In this document: in pieces, positions 12,609 to 24,776 of the stretch
Position numbering within the stretch: position 1 is the first letter of the stretch
Layout of the letters: each line of letters opens with the position of its first letter
Source of the DNA: an uncultured Methanosarcinaceae archaeon
GTDB taxonomy: Archaea > Halobacteriota > Methanosarcinia > Methanosarcinales > Methanosarcinaceae
Length of the DNA stretch: 64,000 bases
NCBI GenBank assembly: GCA_963833425.1
Contig: CAWHXP010000008.1
Location: 212,578 to 276,577, forward strand
Direction of reading: 5' to 3'
Program-made: the position numbers and the translations under genes
The notes under the pieces: model-generated
What the model was told of the DNA's origin: nothing
What the model saw: only the letters and a program-made list of their open reading frames with translations
Databases searched by the model: none

Positions 12609-13200
12609 ACCAGGAGAAGCTCCATATTTTTAATACTACTCTATTTGATAGTTCATGATTAAGTTACTTTTGATTTTTAGCCAACTGTTAACTAAAATTT
12701 GTAAGCCTTTTTGTTCCGTCAGGAGAATTAGGTGATAATCACTGATAAAATGATCCGGATTCATGTGCAAAATTCCATGTAAGAACGTATTTTTACTTAA
12801 ACAGTTGCCTAAAATTTAATGACCGTTTATCTTGAATAATATTTACTAAATTATTAATATGTTTATACCAATGATTTTGCTCAAATGAAATATGGAACTT
12901 AATTTCTTCAAGGTTTATACGGTTGTGAAATATTCTTATATTGGATTTTCAGCTCGTATCTAGGAGTTACTGAACAATTCTTAAAAGCGAGTATTATTTC
13001 TGCATTTGAGGAAAATGCAGGTAAATTTTTGTGTTCACCATTTTCAGTAAATCGTGGACATGACTAATTTCAAGAAGGATAAAGAAAAACAGACCCCCAA
13101 TTCTGACTCTTTATCCAGTTGTGGAATATCTGTATCGAATTTCAGAAAGGATTGAAAAAAGCAGACCCCCAAATCTGCACCTCTTAGTTTTAGAAAAGGA

Positions 13201-13599
13201 GTGCATAAAATGATTGAAATACTTGAACAACTCAAAAAATCGATTCATAACACCACCAAAGAAGGAATAAATGACTTCTCCGGTAAATTTCTGAGCCTTA
13301 AAAACTATGAAACTCACCATAGTGTAGTGCTGGATAAAAGTATATCAAAATTTGATCTAATGATTAACAATGTGCTTTTCGCGATTGAATTAAATGGCGG
13401 CTTGTTACCAATTGAAGAAATTCCGGAAGAGGGAAATAACGAAGATCTTGATACTCAGATCGGGTTCTTAACCAGGCTAAACGATAGTATTAAGGTACTC
13501 TCAGAATCAAGAGCTTATCTAGAAATTCTAAGGAATGAAATGATTCAAAATGCAGGCATACAAGCTTCAAGACATCTGGAAGTAGGGACTGAACTTTGA
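13201..13599 (+). CDS. Hypothetical protein (helical)
   Basis: 132-aa ORF with AGGAG RBS; no recognisable domain. Confidence 0.6.
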   Translation: MHKMIEILEQLKKSIHNTTKEGINDFSGKFLSLKNYETHHSVVLDKSISKFDLMINNVLFAIELNGGLLPIEEIPEEGNNEDLDTQIGFLTRLNDSIKVLSESRAYLEILRNEMIQNAGIQASRHLEVGTEL

Positions 13600-14378
13600 A
13601 GCTGAAAAGCTTCATAATTGTCTTTTTTGCCATTTCCAAAACCAGATATTTCACTATGGAATAATTTAGCTTTAAAGCTTTTTTTAATTTTTCAATATTC
13701 TTACAGCTCAAACAACCTAATTACAAATAAAAAATTTTGCCTCTCTGGGAATCTGTTTCCAAAAATATTCACTTGTTATTCCATTCCTTCAAGTTACAAG
13801 GACCATGAGCAGAAATGATGCCACATTCGCTCCTTTGACCGGGATACGATACGCATTGGAATTGGACAATAGCCATGTCTACGGCTAGATTAGCTATCTA
13901 AAAGTGTTGATGCTAAAGGCATAATATAGAGAATTTAGATGAATTCCCTTATTTTTAAGCGTTGGAGAATTTAAATTTTTTAACAATAATTTTTATTCAT
14001 GAAAATTGTTAATGATTTTGCCTTAAAGGAGAATACAACTGACTTCAGTCGGTTGCAATGAAACTTGCTGAAATTGGTTCTTACCATATAGTATATGTTC
14101 AAGTTTGATGTAAATTAATCATGATAGTTTGTATAATGGAAAGATTAATTCGGAAGAGCTTTAGACGATAAAATAATCTCCGAATTGGTGCTTCAATGAT
14201 TGAAATCAAGCCTATTAGAGTTTCTCCGGGGTAAACAGCAACATTTTCTGTTCTGTCAAACATTTCTGTCATCAAAATTTGACAGAAAAGACTGTAAGAG
14301 TTTGTAAAAAATCTGCAGAAATTTTTTAAGCGCTGGCGTTTAATCAAAAGTTCCTACAGATCTAAAAACGTTCGTAAC

Positions 14379-16091
14379 TCAAAATTTAAAGGGCTTGCTT
14401 ATAGCCTTCACAAAACTCGCAGGGCTTTCTCCAATTACCCAGTTTTCTGTATTCCTTATGAGATATGTGTGATCAGAAACCTGTTCTAGTCCACCTTCAT
14501 TACAGTTTCCTATTATTAGGGAAAAAATCCGGGCTTTTCTTTCGGCTTTTATTTCATTCCATTCCCTGATAAGATGTATTTCTGAAAGTTCGGATACACC
14601 ATCGGTAAGGAAAAGGATGTCTGCTCCCTCAAAAGCTTTTTCATTTTTCATAGCTTTCAGGCCTGCACGTAGTGCGGTATTGAAATCGGTGCCACCGCCA
14701 AAAGTAAATTTTAGGAACTCCAGAAACTCCTCACCCATACGCTTTTTATTTGTGAGCTCAATTTCAATGGTCTGCCACTTCGAAGAGAAGAGAATTACTT
14801 TAACATCCCTGTTTTCCTTCAGCATTCTCCTCGTAACTGCTAGAAGTAAGGCTTTTGCAAGAATCTCGGGGCTTCCCCGCATCGACGCCGATGTATCCAC
14901 CAAGGCGATCACGGGCCCTTTTCTCCTCTTCCCTGAAGCATCAGAGTTCCAGTTCTCCCCTATTAGCTGATATGTTAGGAGTTTTCCTTCGAGCATATCA
15001 GCATAGAATTTGCGCTTCAGAAGGGGGTTTTTTAGCTTTACGGTTTCTACTGGAAGCAATGTCTGTATATCGCTTGAAAAAGTAATTGAATGTACTTCGC
15101 TTTTGCTGTATGGTGATAGGTTTAGTTTTTTTGAGCCGTACTCAAGTTCAATTCTTCCAATATGTTTCAAGATTTCGTGAAGGTAATAATTTTTCCTGAG
15201 CATTGATGCATATTTTTCCAGGTTTCCAAAGTATTCCCTGTGCAAAGCTTGCAGGGAGTGATCCCACATTCTACCCGGAAAGAGCATTGAGAGGATTTCG
15301 AGCATTTCTAGGTAGTCTTCAAGGATAGGAATGAATTCTTCAATTTTTGCAGCTATTTTTTCTCCGACCGCAGAATCAAGAATCTCTTCTGCATTTTCTG
15401 AAGACATAAACTCCTGAGTCAGTGAGAAGAGTTTTTCGGATCCCACAGTTAATCCAGGCTGAGGGGCCAGATTTTTTCCGACCTCGCCCTCTAAACTTTT
15501 CAGGAAGTTTTCTTTGTTATTCTCTTCAGTTACATGTTTCGGAGGCGTATCCTGCTTTTCCTGCCAGTGGGAAGTTAGGTCCATCAGTTGTAACTTGTTC
15601 TTTTCCCAAACAGCTTTAGTTTCATTTATCAGATCTTCCAGAGCTTTAATACTTTTTTTTAAGCTCTTAGGAAACTTCTTTGAAAACTCTGCTTCCATTT
15701 TTCCACATTCATCCAGAAGTGTAAAGAGTTCTTTAAGCAGAGTTCTTAGGATAAAGACTCCTGCCATGTTGTTGTCTTCAGTAATAGCTTTTATTTTGGC
15801 CCAAACCGTAAAATCCCTCATGCTCAGAAAGATGGGATAAAAAACTCCAAATTTGCCCATAAACAATTTTTCATCTTTTATTTCATACCCTTTTTCTGAA
15901 AAAAGCTCATAAATTAAAATTTCTGCAATTTCTTCCCTTAGCTGCCTCGGAACTCTTCGTGGAGTGGCCAAGATTTCCCTCAGTTCTGTGTTCAGTATCG
16001 CAGAAGGATTGAATGTCCGGTTGAAGGATAAGGATGAACCTGATCCTGGTATTTCTTCATATTTATCCCTCAAGTTTTTTAATTCCTGCAT
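14379..16091 (-). CDS. VWA domain protein (ViaA/YieM-like partner of MoxR ATPase)
   Basis: MIDAS DTSASM, GGGTDF and LFLTDG motifs at C-terminus; KGPVIALVD; directly downstream of the AAA ATPase. Confidence 0.88.
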   Translation of the reverse strand: MQELKNLRDKYEEIPGSGSSLSFNRTFNPSAILNTELREILATPRRVPRQLREEIAEILIYELFSEKGYEIKDEKLFMGKFGVFYPIFLSMRDFTVWAKIKAITEDNNMAGVFILRTLLKELFTLLDECGKMEAEFSKKFPKSLKKSIKALEDLINETKAVWEKNKLQLMDLTSHWQEKQDTPPKHVTEENNKENFLKSLEGEVGKNLAPQPGLTVGSEKLFSLTQEFMSSENAEEILDSAVGEKIAAKIEEFIPILEDYLEMLEILSMLFPGRMWDHSLQALHREYFGNLEKYASMLRKNYYLHEILKHIGRIELEYGSKKLNLSPYSKSEVHSITFSSDIQTLLPVETVKLKNPLLKRKFYADMLEGKLLTYQLIGENWNSDASGKRRKGPVIALVDTSASMRGSPEILAKALLLAVTRRMLKENRDVKVILFSSKWQTIEIELTNKKRMGEEFLEFLKFTFGGGTDFNTALRAGLKAMKNEKAFEGADILFLTDGVSELSEIHLIREWNEIKAERKARIFSLIIGNCNEGGLEQVSDHTYLIRNTENWVIGESPASFVKAISKPFKF

Positions 16092-16181
16092 ATCTTTCCT
16101 TTTCCTAAGTTTTTTTAAGCTTTTGAGATATTTTTAATCAAGGCTTATTTCGTTTTAGCTGGAATTTCTTCATTCATAGTC

Positions 16182-17696
16182 TCAAGACATTTCTCCTGCT
16201 TTTCTAATTGACACATCAAATACCCTTGGCTTTTCCAGCAGGAGCCGTATTTCATTTAGGCTGCTTGCAATCTCGTAAATATCCGTGTTTTTGGAACGGT
16301 ATTTCATTAGGATTTCCTGGATGTCCTGCTCTGAAATCCAAATATTTTCTCTCAGGGTATTCTCAAGAGCTTGTTCTTCTTCTTGAATTTGTTTTTTAAA
16401 ATATTTCAGTCTCTCCTGGAAGTTTTCGAACTCTTTTTCATAGAGCTTCTTATCTCCATAGTTGAGGCTGATCTTGAATTCAAACCCGTATTTACTGTGG
16501 AGTTTTTCTGCAAGCAACTCAAAGCTCAGGGAACTGTTAAGATTGCTGTAATCGATCCCAAAGCTGTAGGTATGGGTCGGGAACTCGGTATGATGCTTCA
16601 GTAGATCAAGTGAGTTATCGAATGTCAGGTTCTTCTGGGTTTTTATTCCGGAAAATCTTGAGCTTTTCATACCACCTGTTGTTATCCTATCCTCTGCATA
16701 GCACTTATTACAAGTCAGAAGATCCGGGAGTTCCTGCTGCAGGCAACTGTAAATCGAGTTTTTCAGATCAAAAACATTCGATTTAAGTTTTCCAGTATCC
16801 GTTCCTCCTGAAACAACTCTGTCCAGGATAAGCTTCCTTATTGCTTCCTTCTGTTCAGGCACTTCCCAGAGCATATGCTGGAGTAGAACAGCAGTCATCC
16901 TGTTTACGCTGGCATGCCTATTTACGGCTGAAGCTACTCTGAGCACGTTTACAATCTTTTTCCAACGCCTGTCCGAAATGAAAATATTGGAGTTTCTAAG
17001 TTCCCTTCTTAGCTCTTTTATAATCGTCCGAACTTCAGGATCAAAAGTGAGATCTTTTGCTTTCTTCTGGGTTTTCTTTATATCCTCTATATTGAGTTTC
17101 ATTAAGGGCACGAAATCTTCCGTATTTTTGAAGATGAGATCTTCAAGGTTCTCTTCGTGCTGAATATAATCTACCCTGTACCTGAAAAGAAAACGGTCAT
17201 AAAGGGCTTCGAGACTCTCATCTTCTTCAGGTAGCTCGTTGGAAGCCCCGAAAACGGAGAAAAGAGGCACCTCAATAATCTCCTTGCCGTTGTGGTACTT
17301 TCTCTCGTTCAGCACGGTCAACAGGCTGTTTAAGATGGAGCTGTTTGCCTTGAAAATTTCGTCAAGAAGAGCGATATGGGCAGTCGGCAGATAACCATCT
17401 ATTCGTCTGCTGAACTCATCCCTTTCGAGTGCCTTTAGAGAAAGCGGTCCAAATACCTCTTCAGGCGTGGAAAAACGGGTCAAAAGATAATGGAAAAAAT
17501 TCCCTCCTTCGATAGTTTCGCAGATTTTGCTTGCAAGCAGAGTTTTTGCAGTTCCTGGAGGGCCAAGCAATAGGACGTGTTCGCTTGAAAGGAGTGCAAG
17601 AAGAGATCCATTAATTTCGGCATCCCTTTCTTTAAAATAACCTGCAAATTCCTGTTTGATACTGATGATGGTACTTTTTAAATCCAGAACTTTCAT
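16182..17696 (-). CDS. MoxR-family AAA+ ATPase, RavA-like
   Basis: Walker A GPPGTAKT; YLLTRFSTPEEVFGP; Walker B LLDEIFKANSSILNSLL; ASNELP; ALYDRF; SDRRW. Confidence 0.9.
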   Translation of the reverse strand: MKVLDLKSTIISIKQEFAGYFKERDAEINGSLLALLSSEHVLLLGPPGTAKTLLASKICETIEGGNFFHYLLTRFSTPEEVFGPLSLKALERDEFSRRIDGYLPTAHIALLDEIFKANSSILNSLLTVLNERKYHNGKEIIEVPLFSVFGASNELPEEDESLEALYDRFLFRYRVDYIQHEENLEDLIFKNTEDFVPLMKLNIEDIKKTQKKAKDLTFDPEVRTIIKELRRELRNSNIFISDRRWKKIVNVLRVASAVNRHASVNRMTAVLLQHMLWEVPEQKEAIRKLILDRVVSGGTDTGKLKSNVFDLKNSIYSCLQQELPDLLTCNKCYAEDRITTGGMKSSRFSGIKTQKNLTFDNSLDLLKHHTEFPTHTYSFGIDYSNLNSSLSFELLAEKLHSKYGFEFKISLNYGDKKLYEKEFENFQERLKYFKKQIQEEEQALENTLRENIWISEQDIQEILMKYRSKNTDIYEIASSLNEIRLLLEKPRVFDVSIRKAGEMS

Positions 17697-19205
17697 AAAT
17701 CCAAAACCTTTATAAATTTATCTTTTTCAGCATCTCGTCTTTACTTCGCTGGGAGGATTTTACAATAATGAGCCACGTAGACGATTAAAACAATATTAAA
17801 AATGAACTCACCATTTTTATGGGCCTTGCTTTACTTAATTTTTTCAAAAAAAAATTCTATTTTAGGGTACATGTTTCTGCGGGTTATGTCTTTTCCTGGT
17901 GATATATTTTACTGCCATTATATGCTAAAATAACCATCTTTTAGCAAATCTTATGTGCTCACCCAGGGTACACATATGATTAAAGTCTCTTCTAGTTTTG
18001 TCTCTTGCCATCCGAAGAAGTTCTGCAGAAAGAGCTTGATTACTACCGAGAGTGATTTGAATTATCTAGAAATAAGATTATTCTTGGTGACGAAAAAATA
18101 AAAATCAATATCCAGAATGAATCAATATTCGGAAGACTTTGCATGAATGATTTTAAGCGTGAAAAATATAGCCGGTAGATCCTTCTTTGTGGGGAAGAGG
18201 GGTAGGAAAAGTTTCTTTATATAAACTTTGACATCGAGATCTAAACCACAGGAGAAATGCTTATGGAATCATATATCTAATCCCAAATTCCTGAATGTGA
18301 TATTTTCGTCGATACCCTTTATAACCTCGAAATGTGACAGCGGCTTAACAAGATTTCCGTAAAAAAGAATTCATCTACTTCATGGAGCAGTTACCGGGTA
18401 TGATGGCCAGGTAACAACAATAATTCCTGGAAAAAAACTCTTTTACTACATTTTCCCGCATATTTCCGAAAAAGAAGTTTTTCTGGTTTTAGAGACAAAT
18501 ACAGGAATTAATAGTTTCATACAGTCGAATTAAGTAATTAAATTCCTGACAAGAAAAGGAAAACTTCTGGGAGGTCGCCTCCTATTCTTTAATGGATTTT
18601 TAAGAAATTTCAATGAAATTTCACTCTCAAAGTTAAACAATTGTCTGGTTTGGGATATTTTAATGAAATAAACAACAATAAATAAAAATAAATGAATATC
18701 TACCTTTGTTCAGGCATGTAAACCTTTATTCAAGTTCCCTTCCTGTTGATCAAGTTTTATGTATTCTCAGTAATACTATCCTATAAGGTACGTCACACCC
18801 AACATTCTGCAGATAGCCGCAAAAATTATATCCATTTTCGTAATGCTCAAGTAGTATAAAATTTGATCCCGCTTTAAGGAAGAATATTTGGCAAATCGGC
18901 AAATAAATGATACAAGTGTGTCATTTGCTGGATGTAGGTTTAAAGAAATAAATGTGAGCTTTGTTTTGTAAATCTAAACTCAGTGAGTACAAAAATCTCT
19001 CTGCATTTTAATTAAATTCATATTTTGAATCGTTTTTTTGGAATTGATCAAAATACATTAACACTACCCAAAAATGGCAAGTTTAGAATTATTAAATTGG
19101 TTTGCATTCTGATGAAAATCGATCTCGATATTATGAGAATGAAATTAATTTTGCAATGTCAAGTTAGATATACTATAAAAAAACATAATCAGTAGGTGAA
19201 GGTTC

Positions 19206-19721
19206 GTGATAAATCCTATCATAGGTCGGGTCTGGAAATTTGGAGACGATATTGATACTGATGTGATTATCCCAGGAAAATACCTGCGGACCAAGGAGAT
19301 GGAGGTTTTTGCAGCCCATGTAATGGAAGGTATCGATCCTGAATTCGCAAAAAGAGTGGAGCACGGAGATATTATTGTTGCAGGAACCAATTTCGGCTGT
19401 GGCTCATCAAGGGAACAAGCTCCACTTGCTCTGAAACATGCAGGAATAGCCTGCGTTATAGCAAAGTCCTTTGCAAGGATTTTTTTCAGAAATGCAATAA
19501 ATGTTGGATTGCCTCTCTTGGAAGCAGATATCGAATGTCAGGATGGGTGTGAGGTCAAAGTTGATCTGCTAAATGGTGAGATTGAAGTTTCCGGAAAAAG
19601 TATATTCAAAGGAAACAAACTGCCGGATTTCCTACTAGAAATACTGAATAATGGTGGACTTGTGGCTCATAGGAAGAAATTTCAGGTAAGTAAAGAGCAA
19701 CCAGATCTACGACCTATTTAA
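19206..19721 (+). CDS. LeuD-family dehydratase small subunit, probably methanogen homoaconitase small subunit (AksE/HacB)
   Basis: [28 protein letters not shown] and [16 protein letters not shown] motifs; the YLRT loop matches the homoaconitase type. Confidence 0.85.
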   Translation: MINPIIGRVWKFGDDIDTDVIIPGKYLRTKEMEVFAAHVMEGIDPEFAKRVEHGDIIVAGTNFGCGSSREQAPLALKHAGIACVIAKSFARIFFRNAINVGLPLLEADIECQDGCEVKVDLLNGEIEVSGKSIFKGNKLPDFLLEILNNGGLVAHRKKFQVSKEQPDLRPI

Positions 19722-19756
19722 AAGAATTCGATAACCAATTAAATCGGTATCTATCC

Positions 19757-20614
19757 ATGATTTTTCCTGACGAATATAAACATGTGGCTGTGAAACGATT
19801 CACTAATTTGGCTGCTGAAAAGCTTATTTACTTTTTGACTGACTACCTCATCGTCGAAAAGGAAAAATATGATACCTACAATGCCAATTATGAGGTTTAT
19901 TATGTAAAAAAAAGCGGGGAAGGACTGTTCAGAAAGGTTGAATGCCTTGAACTTATTGCATCTGGAGAAGAAGTATACAAGTATAATAAGGAACTGAATA
20001 TAAAGAATCGTAGCCTTCTGATCGAAACTGCAGTAAACCTCTGCTCAGGCAAAGTCAATACTATAATTTTTACAGGCTTGGACAAACACGTTACATTTGT
20101 TCATAAACCTGATCCTTCCAGCATCCTTGATATAGAGGTACTTGACGTCGTTCCCCCCGAGCCTTCCTGGCTTTCCATGGTCGTAAGGAGGTTAGAAGCC
20201 AGTGGAATTTTTGGTGACCTACAAGTCCATTTTGTTGAAAAAGTAATTGACCTCCGATATTTTGAAGGGATAAATACTGTTTTTCCATGTAGTTCTTCTG
20301 GGCTCAAAGGAAAATGCCTGGATTCGGATATACTCACCGAAAACGGACACCTTCTTGTAGGGTGTGAGATCTCAAAGACCATTTTTGAACTGCGCTTTCC
20401 GGAACTTGAATATTCCTTCATAAATATATGCCCGTTAAAGTCCGAAATAGTGGCTCCATCAAAACCTTTCATTACGCGTTGCTGCAGGTCTGAAAATTCA
20501 GGACTTGTAAATATTTCCAACTTTGAAGGAGTTGTTGTCCACTGGGGAGATTCGGAATATCAAGTTGCTAAGGCCATTAAAAACCTTGTCCACACGATCA
20601 GGAATAATCAATAG
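19757..20614 (+). CDS. Conserved Cys-containing hypothetical protein of methanogens
   Basis: 285-aa ORF 35 nt downstream of the LeuD-like gene; Cys motifs FPC, VGC, NICP, RCCRSE and VHWG. Confidence 0.75.
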   Translation: MIFPDEYKHVAVKRFTNLAAEKLIYFLTDYLIVEKEKYDTYNANYEVYYVKKSGEGLFRKVECLELIASGEEVYKYNKELNIKNRSLLIETAVNLCSGKVNTIIFTGLDKHVTFVHKPDPSSILDIEVLDVVPPEPSWLSMVVRRLEASGIFGDLQVHFVEKVIDLRYFEGINTVFPCSSSGLKGKCLDSDILTENGHLLVGCEISKTIFELRFPELEYSFINICPLKSEIVAPSKPFITRCCRSENSGLVNISNFEGVVVHWGDSEYQVAKAIKNLVHTIRNNQ

Positions 20615-20851
20615 AAGTTAAAAACCGTCAATAAAAATTTAACAGTGTGTTTATGGTACCTAAGTTTGATAATATTCACTAATTTCTAATGAAAATCAAT
20701 GTTTTTTATCTCGAATTGGTTTGACAAAACTTATGAGTATAGGACTTAATCAAACCCCCTATGGTAGGTCCTGTTACTACTTGCTTTATCTTACCCTTAT
20801 CGGATCCAAAAAATATCTTAAATCGCTCCACATTCGTTCATTTTTGACTTG

Positions 20852-20976
20852 GAGCCTATTCGAAACGTCAATAGTGACATGCTGCAAAAGTTATAATTGA
20901 TCGACAACATTCAAGTGCCTATTCTAGTTGTGTATTGAAAAGTTGTAGCTGGTTACAAAAATTTTCGGAAAGGCTC
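20852..20976. mobile_element. ~125-bp MITE-like element (family A, copy 1)
   Basis: Imperfect terminal inverted repeats GAGCCTATTCGAAA / TTTCGGAAAGGCTC; a homologous inverted copy lies at 61773-61897. Confidence 0.7.
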
Positions 20977-21364
20977 TATGTTAAATCACTTTTATGCCAA
21001 AATCCTTCATTTTGCTTTAGCTAACACTTTGTGATTAGATGTTAACAGCATTTTGAAATCAGTATTTACATAGAACTACCAAGAATGTTTATACAGTCCA
21101 TTTGGAAATATAGCCCTGGCACGATTTTGTACTAAATTTTGCTTTTTAGTTTAATAGAATGATGCCTATGTTCCTGACCATGAATCGATTGTTCTAAGTT
21201 TTTGAAATGTTAATTTTTACTGGACTTACTATAATTTCTAATTTATGTCGCATTATTTGCAAGTATACTATAAAGGGAATAAAACTGAAAAGACAATTAG
21301 ATCGTAACTGAGAAATAAGAAAAACCTTAAAGAATTTTCCCTTGCTTTTTAATCAGAAAAGTAG

Positions 21365-22000
<636 letters not shown>

Positions 22001-22783
22001 CTACTATTTTTATATGCTACTAGATGATTCTTCACGCTCTATTAACTTAGTTTATTCTTTTTTATAATCAGGTAAGTTTTCCTTAAGTAATATACCATGA
22101 TGATCCGAATACTTCGGAACAAATTTTACACTACTCGTTGCAATTTGTGCTTTTAGCAAGTTCAAGTTCTTAATATTCCATATGAAATTTCCAGCATCTT
22201 TAGTGTTTCCAAAACTGAATCTCTCACTTCATGCAACAGCTATCGGATACTAATAATAAAAATTATTATCCAGAAAATGGCCAGAAATTCTCATAAATTA
22301 ACGGTTTCTAACTAGCTTATGGATCACTATACACATCATTTCCATATATAAATAAATCGGTCAGAAACACCTATGCCCTGTTATCCATATCCTCAACTGA
22401 TAGAGGAAAGTCCAGAACACATGATGCAGTGTTTGTGCTCATCCACCGTAATAGGTTCTTTAAATATTTCAAAATCCTTTTCTACATGGATAAAATGTGA
22501 AAGTAAAAAGCTTAATTGAAAAAGAAATCTTTTGGCAGCCCAGATAACCTTTTCCTGAACTCTTCTACCAATTATCAGGAGTAAGCTACTTTTGGGAACG
22601 AGGCGATGCATATCATCTCGTAAGCTCTATACTAGAGCAGCTTGAACAGAGTTTTTCACCTTGAGACTATAATTCATGAGCTCGCTGTGCCTAAGAGGGT
22701 GTCTAAATTTTTTGGGGACCGAAGTCGTGTAGACGCAACCAACGGACTTTATGGTTTTTAAAGGCTGACAATAGCCCGGTATT

Positions 22784-23923
22784 TCAAATCTTCTTGAGCA
22801 TCAGAGACATTATGCCTGGCCTGGAAGAGCCCATTGTCTGTGGCAAAAAAATTTCCGTTCCACAGGAACCGAACATTTCGTCGTTGAACCTTGTTGTTAT
22901 TTCGTCAAAAATCATCCTGTATGCGGTGCAATAAGGATCAATACCCCTTATTTCACCGCTTGTGGGAAGTATGGCATTGTATGGGCATCCTCCCCTACAG
23001 TATTTAATATGAGCGCATTTACCACATTCCTTGTCCACATATTCTTTAAACTGGTTCAAGCGTTCCCATGCATTGGATTGGGAAAGGTCTTCCATAGTCG
23101 GATGGTTATACACATTACCCATAATCCATTCATCCATGCCCACAAAGCGATAACACGGATATATATTTCCTTCAGGTCCCACTGCAAATGTGTCTCCCAT
23201 GCAATCAACATATGTGCAGACAGTTCCCCTTCCTGTAAATACACATTTACACAGATGATCGATATTCATAACTTCAATTCTACCTATATTTTCCAGATAT
23301 TTATCGAGAAGGTAAATTAAAAGTTCTCCATACTCTTCCGGATCAATAGTCCATTTTTTGGGATGTTCGCCTTTTAATGAAGGAAGGCATGGGTGCAATT
23401 TGAGAGTTAAACCTTGCTTAAGATAAAAATTGAAAATTTCTTCCTTGAACTTTACGGAATGAGAGGTAAAAGTGGTAATGAATCTAACATTAAGTCCATG
23501 AGCCCTTGCAATTTCGTATCCCATCATTGTTTTTGTGTAGTAGCCTGTACCCCTCTGAAAGTCATTGAGCTCTTCTGGGCCATCCAAACTAGAGCCTAGG
23601 GGAATATTGTATTCAGCAAAAATTTTAGCTATTTCCGGAGTGAGCTTCCATAGGTTTGTCTGTATCGCAAAAGCTATTTTCCGCGGGTTTAAACCTTTAA
23701 CTAATATCGGTAGGGCTTCCATATAAAATTTTGCTCCTGCCAGGAGAGGCTCCCCACCATGGAAAGTAAAAGTAACAGAATCTTCCCTAAAACTTTTGAG
23801 CCATTTAACAACTTCTGTTACCGTTTCAATGCTCATCATCGGAGATTTTTCCTCGGAACTCCAGCAGTAACCACAATTAGCAGGGCAACCAAGGGTAGGT
23901 ATAATCATTACGTGAAAAGGCAT
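22784..23923 (-). CDS. Radical SAM/SPASM enzyme, putative peptide-modifying, TIGR04083 (Mhun_1560)-like
   Basis: CxxxCxxC (CPANCGYC) after MPFHVMIIPTLG; FHGGEPLL; SPASM cysteines (VCTYVDC, IYPCYRF, CGKCAHIKYCRGGCP, DPYC). Confidence 0.88.
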   Translation of the reverse strand: MPFHVMIIPTLGCPANCGYCWSSEEKSPMMSIETVTEVVKWLKSFREDSVTFTFHGGEPLLAGAKFYMEALPILVKGLNPRKIAFAIQTNLWKLTPEIAKIFAEYNIPLGSSLDGPEELNDFQRGTGYYTKTMMGYEIARAHGLNVRFITTFTSHSVKFKEEIFNFYLKQGLTLKLHPCLPSLKGEHPKKWTIDPEEYGELLIYLLDKYLENIGRIEVMNIDHLCKCVFTGRGTVCTYVDCMGDTFAVGPEGNIYPCYRFVGMDEWIMGNVYNHPTMEDLSQSNAWERLNQFKEYVDKECGKCAHIKYCRGGCPYNAILPTSGEIRGIDPYCTAYRMIFDEITTRFNDEMFGSCGTEIFLPQTMGSSRPGIMSLMLKKI

Positions 23924-24130
23924 CTTTAAAGCTCCTTTTTTTCGGCTTCTTTAAATTATTAGTAGTTTTCTGAGTTAAGTACTTCACTGATTTTCATTCC
24001 CCAATAAACGAAGCCTAAGATTACCCTTTTATTGGTGAAAACACTTCTATACGTTTTTGCTATTCTATTAAGTGTTAATATAGTCCTAAATAAAAATCGA
24101 ATTCTTCGAATCGCAGATTCAAACAAATAA

Positions 24131-24497
24131 ATACCCATAACAGTAAGAACCATTCTTCTGTTTGCAATACTTACAATAATTACCAAGGGTGAAAATAGAA
24201 CTCATTTTGGATTCAGTTCTCATGGAGTCCTAGGCTACCGTACATCTATTCTTTTTACTCTTATCCTTGCCCACTCTTCCCTCAGAACTAGAATTTCCAT
24301 AAATGAGATTACTACCTTGAGTATTTCTATTTTATAATGTACCTAGCAATTTTGGTTGTTGCCCTGGACTCAATATTTTTTGCGGCAAATTGGCGTATCC
24401 CATTTATTGATGCAAAAGACAACAGTACATGAAGATCCTGTACTGGCCTGCTATTACAGGAATTATGTTATTGATTACATTCTTGAATTTTTATTGA
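24131..24497 (+). pseudogene. C-terminal fragment of a multi-pass membrane protein gene
   Basis: Frameshifted reading IPITVRTILLFAILTIITK...FGFSSHGVLGY...YLEYFYFIMYLAILVVALDSIFF...ILYWPAITGIMLLITFLNFY*; no 5' part or start codon. Confidence 0.55.
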
Positions 24498-24776
24498 TAG
24501 GTATTTGATACCTTAATTTTCTTCATTTCAATGCAGAAATGTGTTTTTTTAAACTTGTGGATTCATTCGTGAACTTCCCTACATTTATCTTTTTATTAAT
24601 CTAATAATATTAATATATAATATAAACATTATTAATGATTACTGCTCAGTAAAAAAGATAATTGCTTTTTTATTAGCAGGCCAGTTAAGTTTTGTTTCAC
24701 TACGAATCGATAAGCAATGATTCAAAGATAATGCCCAAAATATAATTTTATAAATATAATAAAATTGGTGATATAA

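Noticed and set aside
13066..13186. Imperfect ~46-bp direct repeat upstream of the 13201 ORF
   Set aside because: Only two diverged copies and no function can be inferred; most likely an old local duplication.
17750..18720. Possible decayed gene upstream of the AAA ATPase
   Set aside because: Protein-like fragments on the minus strand, but too many stops to assign a family or boundaries.
22393..22611. Cys-rich precursor peptide for the neighbouring radical SAM enzyme
   Set aside because: Only one CxxC (CIMC) rather than paired CxxCG motifs, and no clear RBS; looks like a spurious or decayed ORF.
24106..24116. Duplicated tRNA-Leu 3' end (attR)
   Set aside because: Only an 11-nt match (TTCGAATCGCA) with housekeeping genes in between; compatible with chance.
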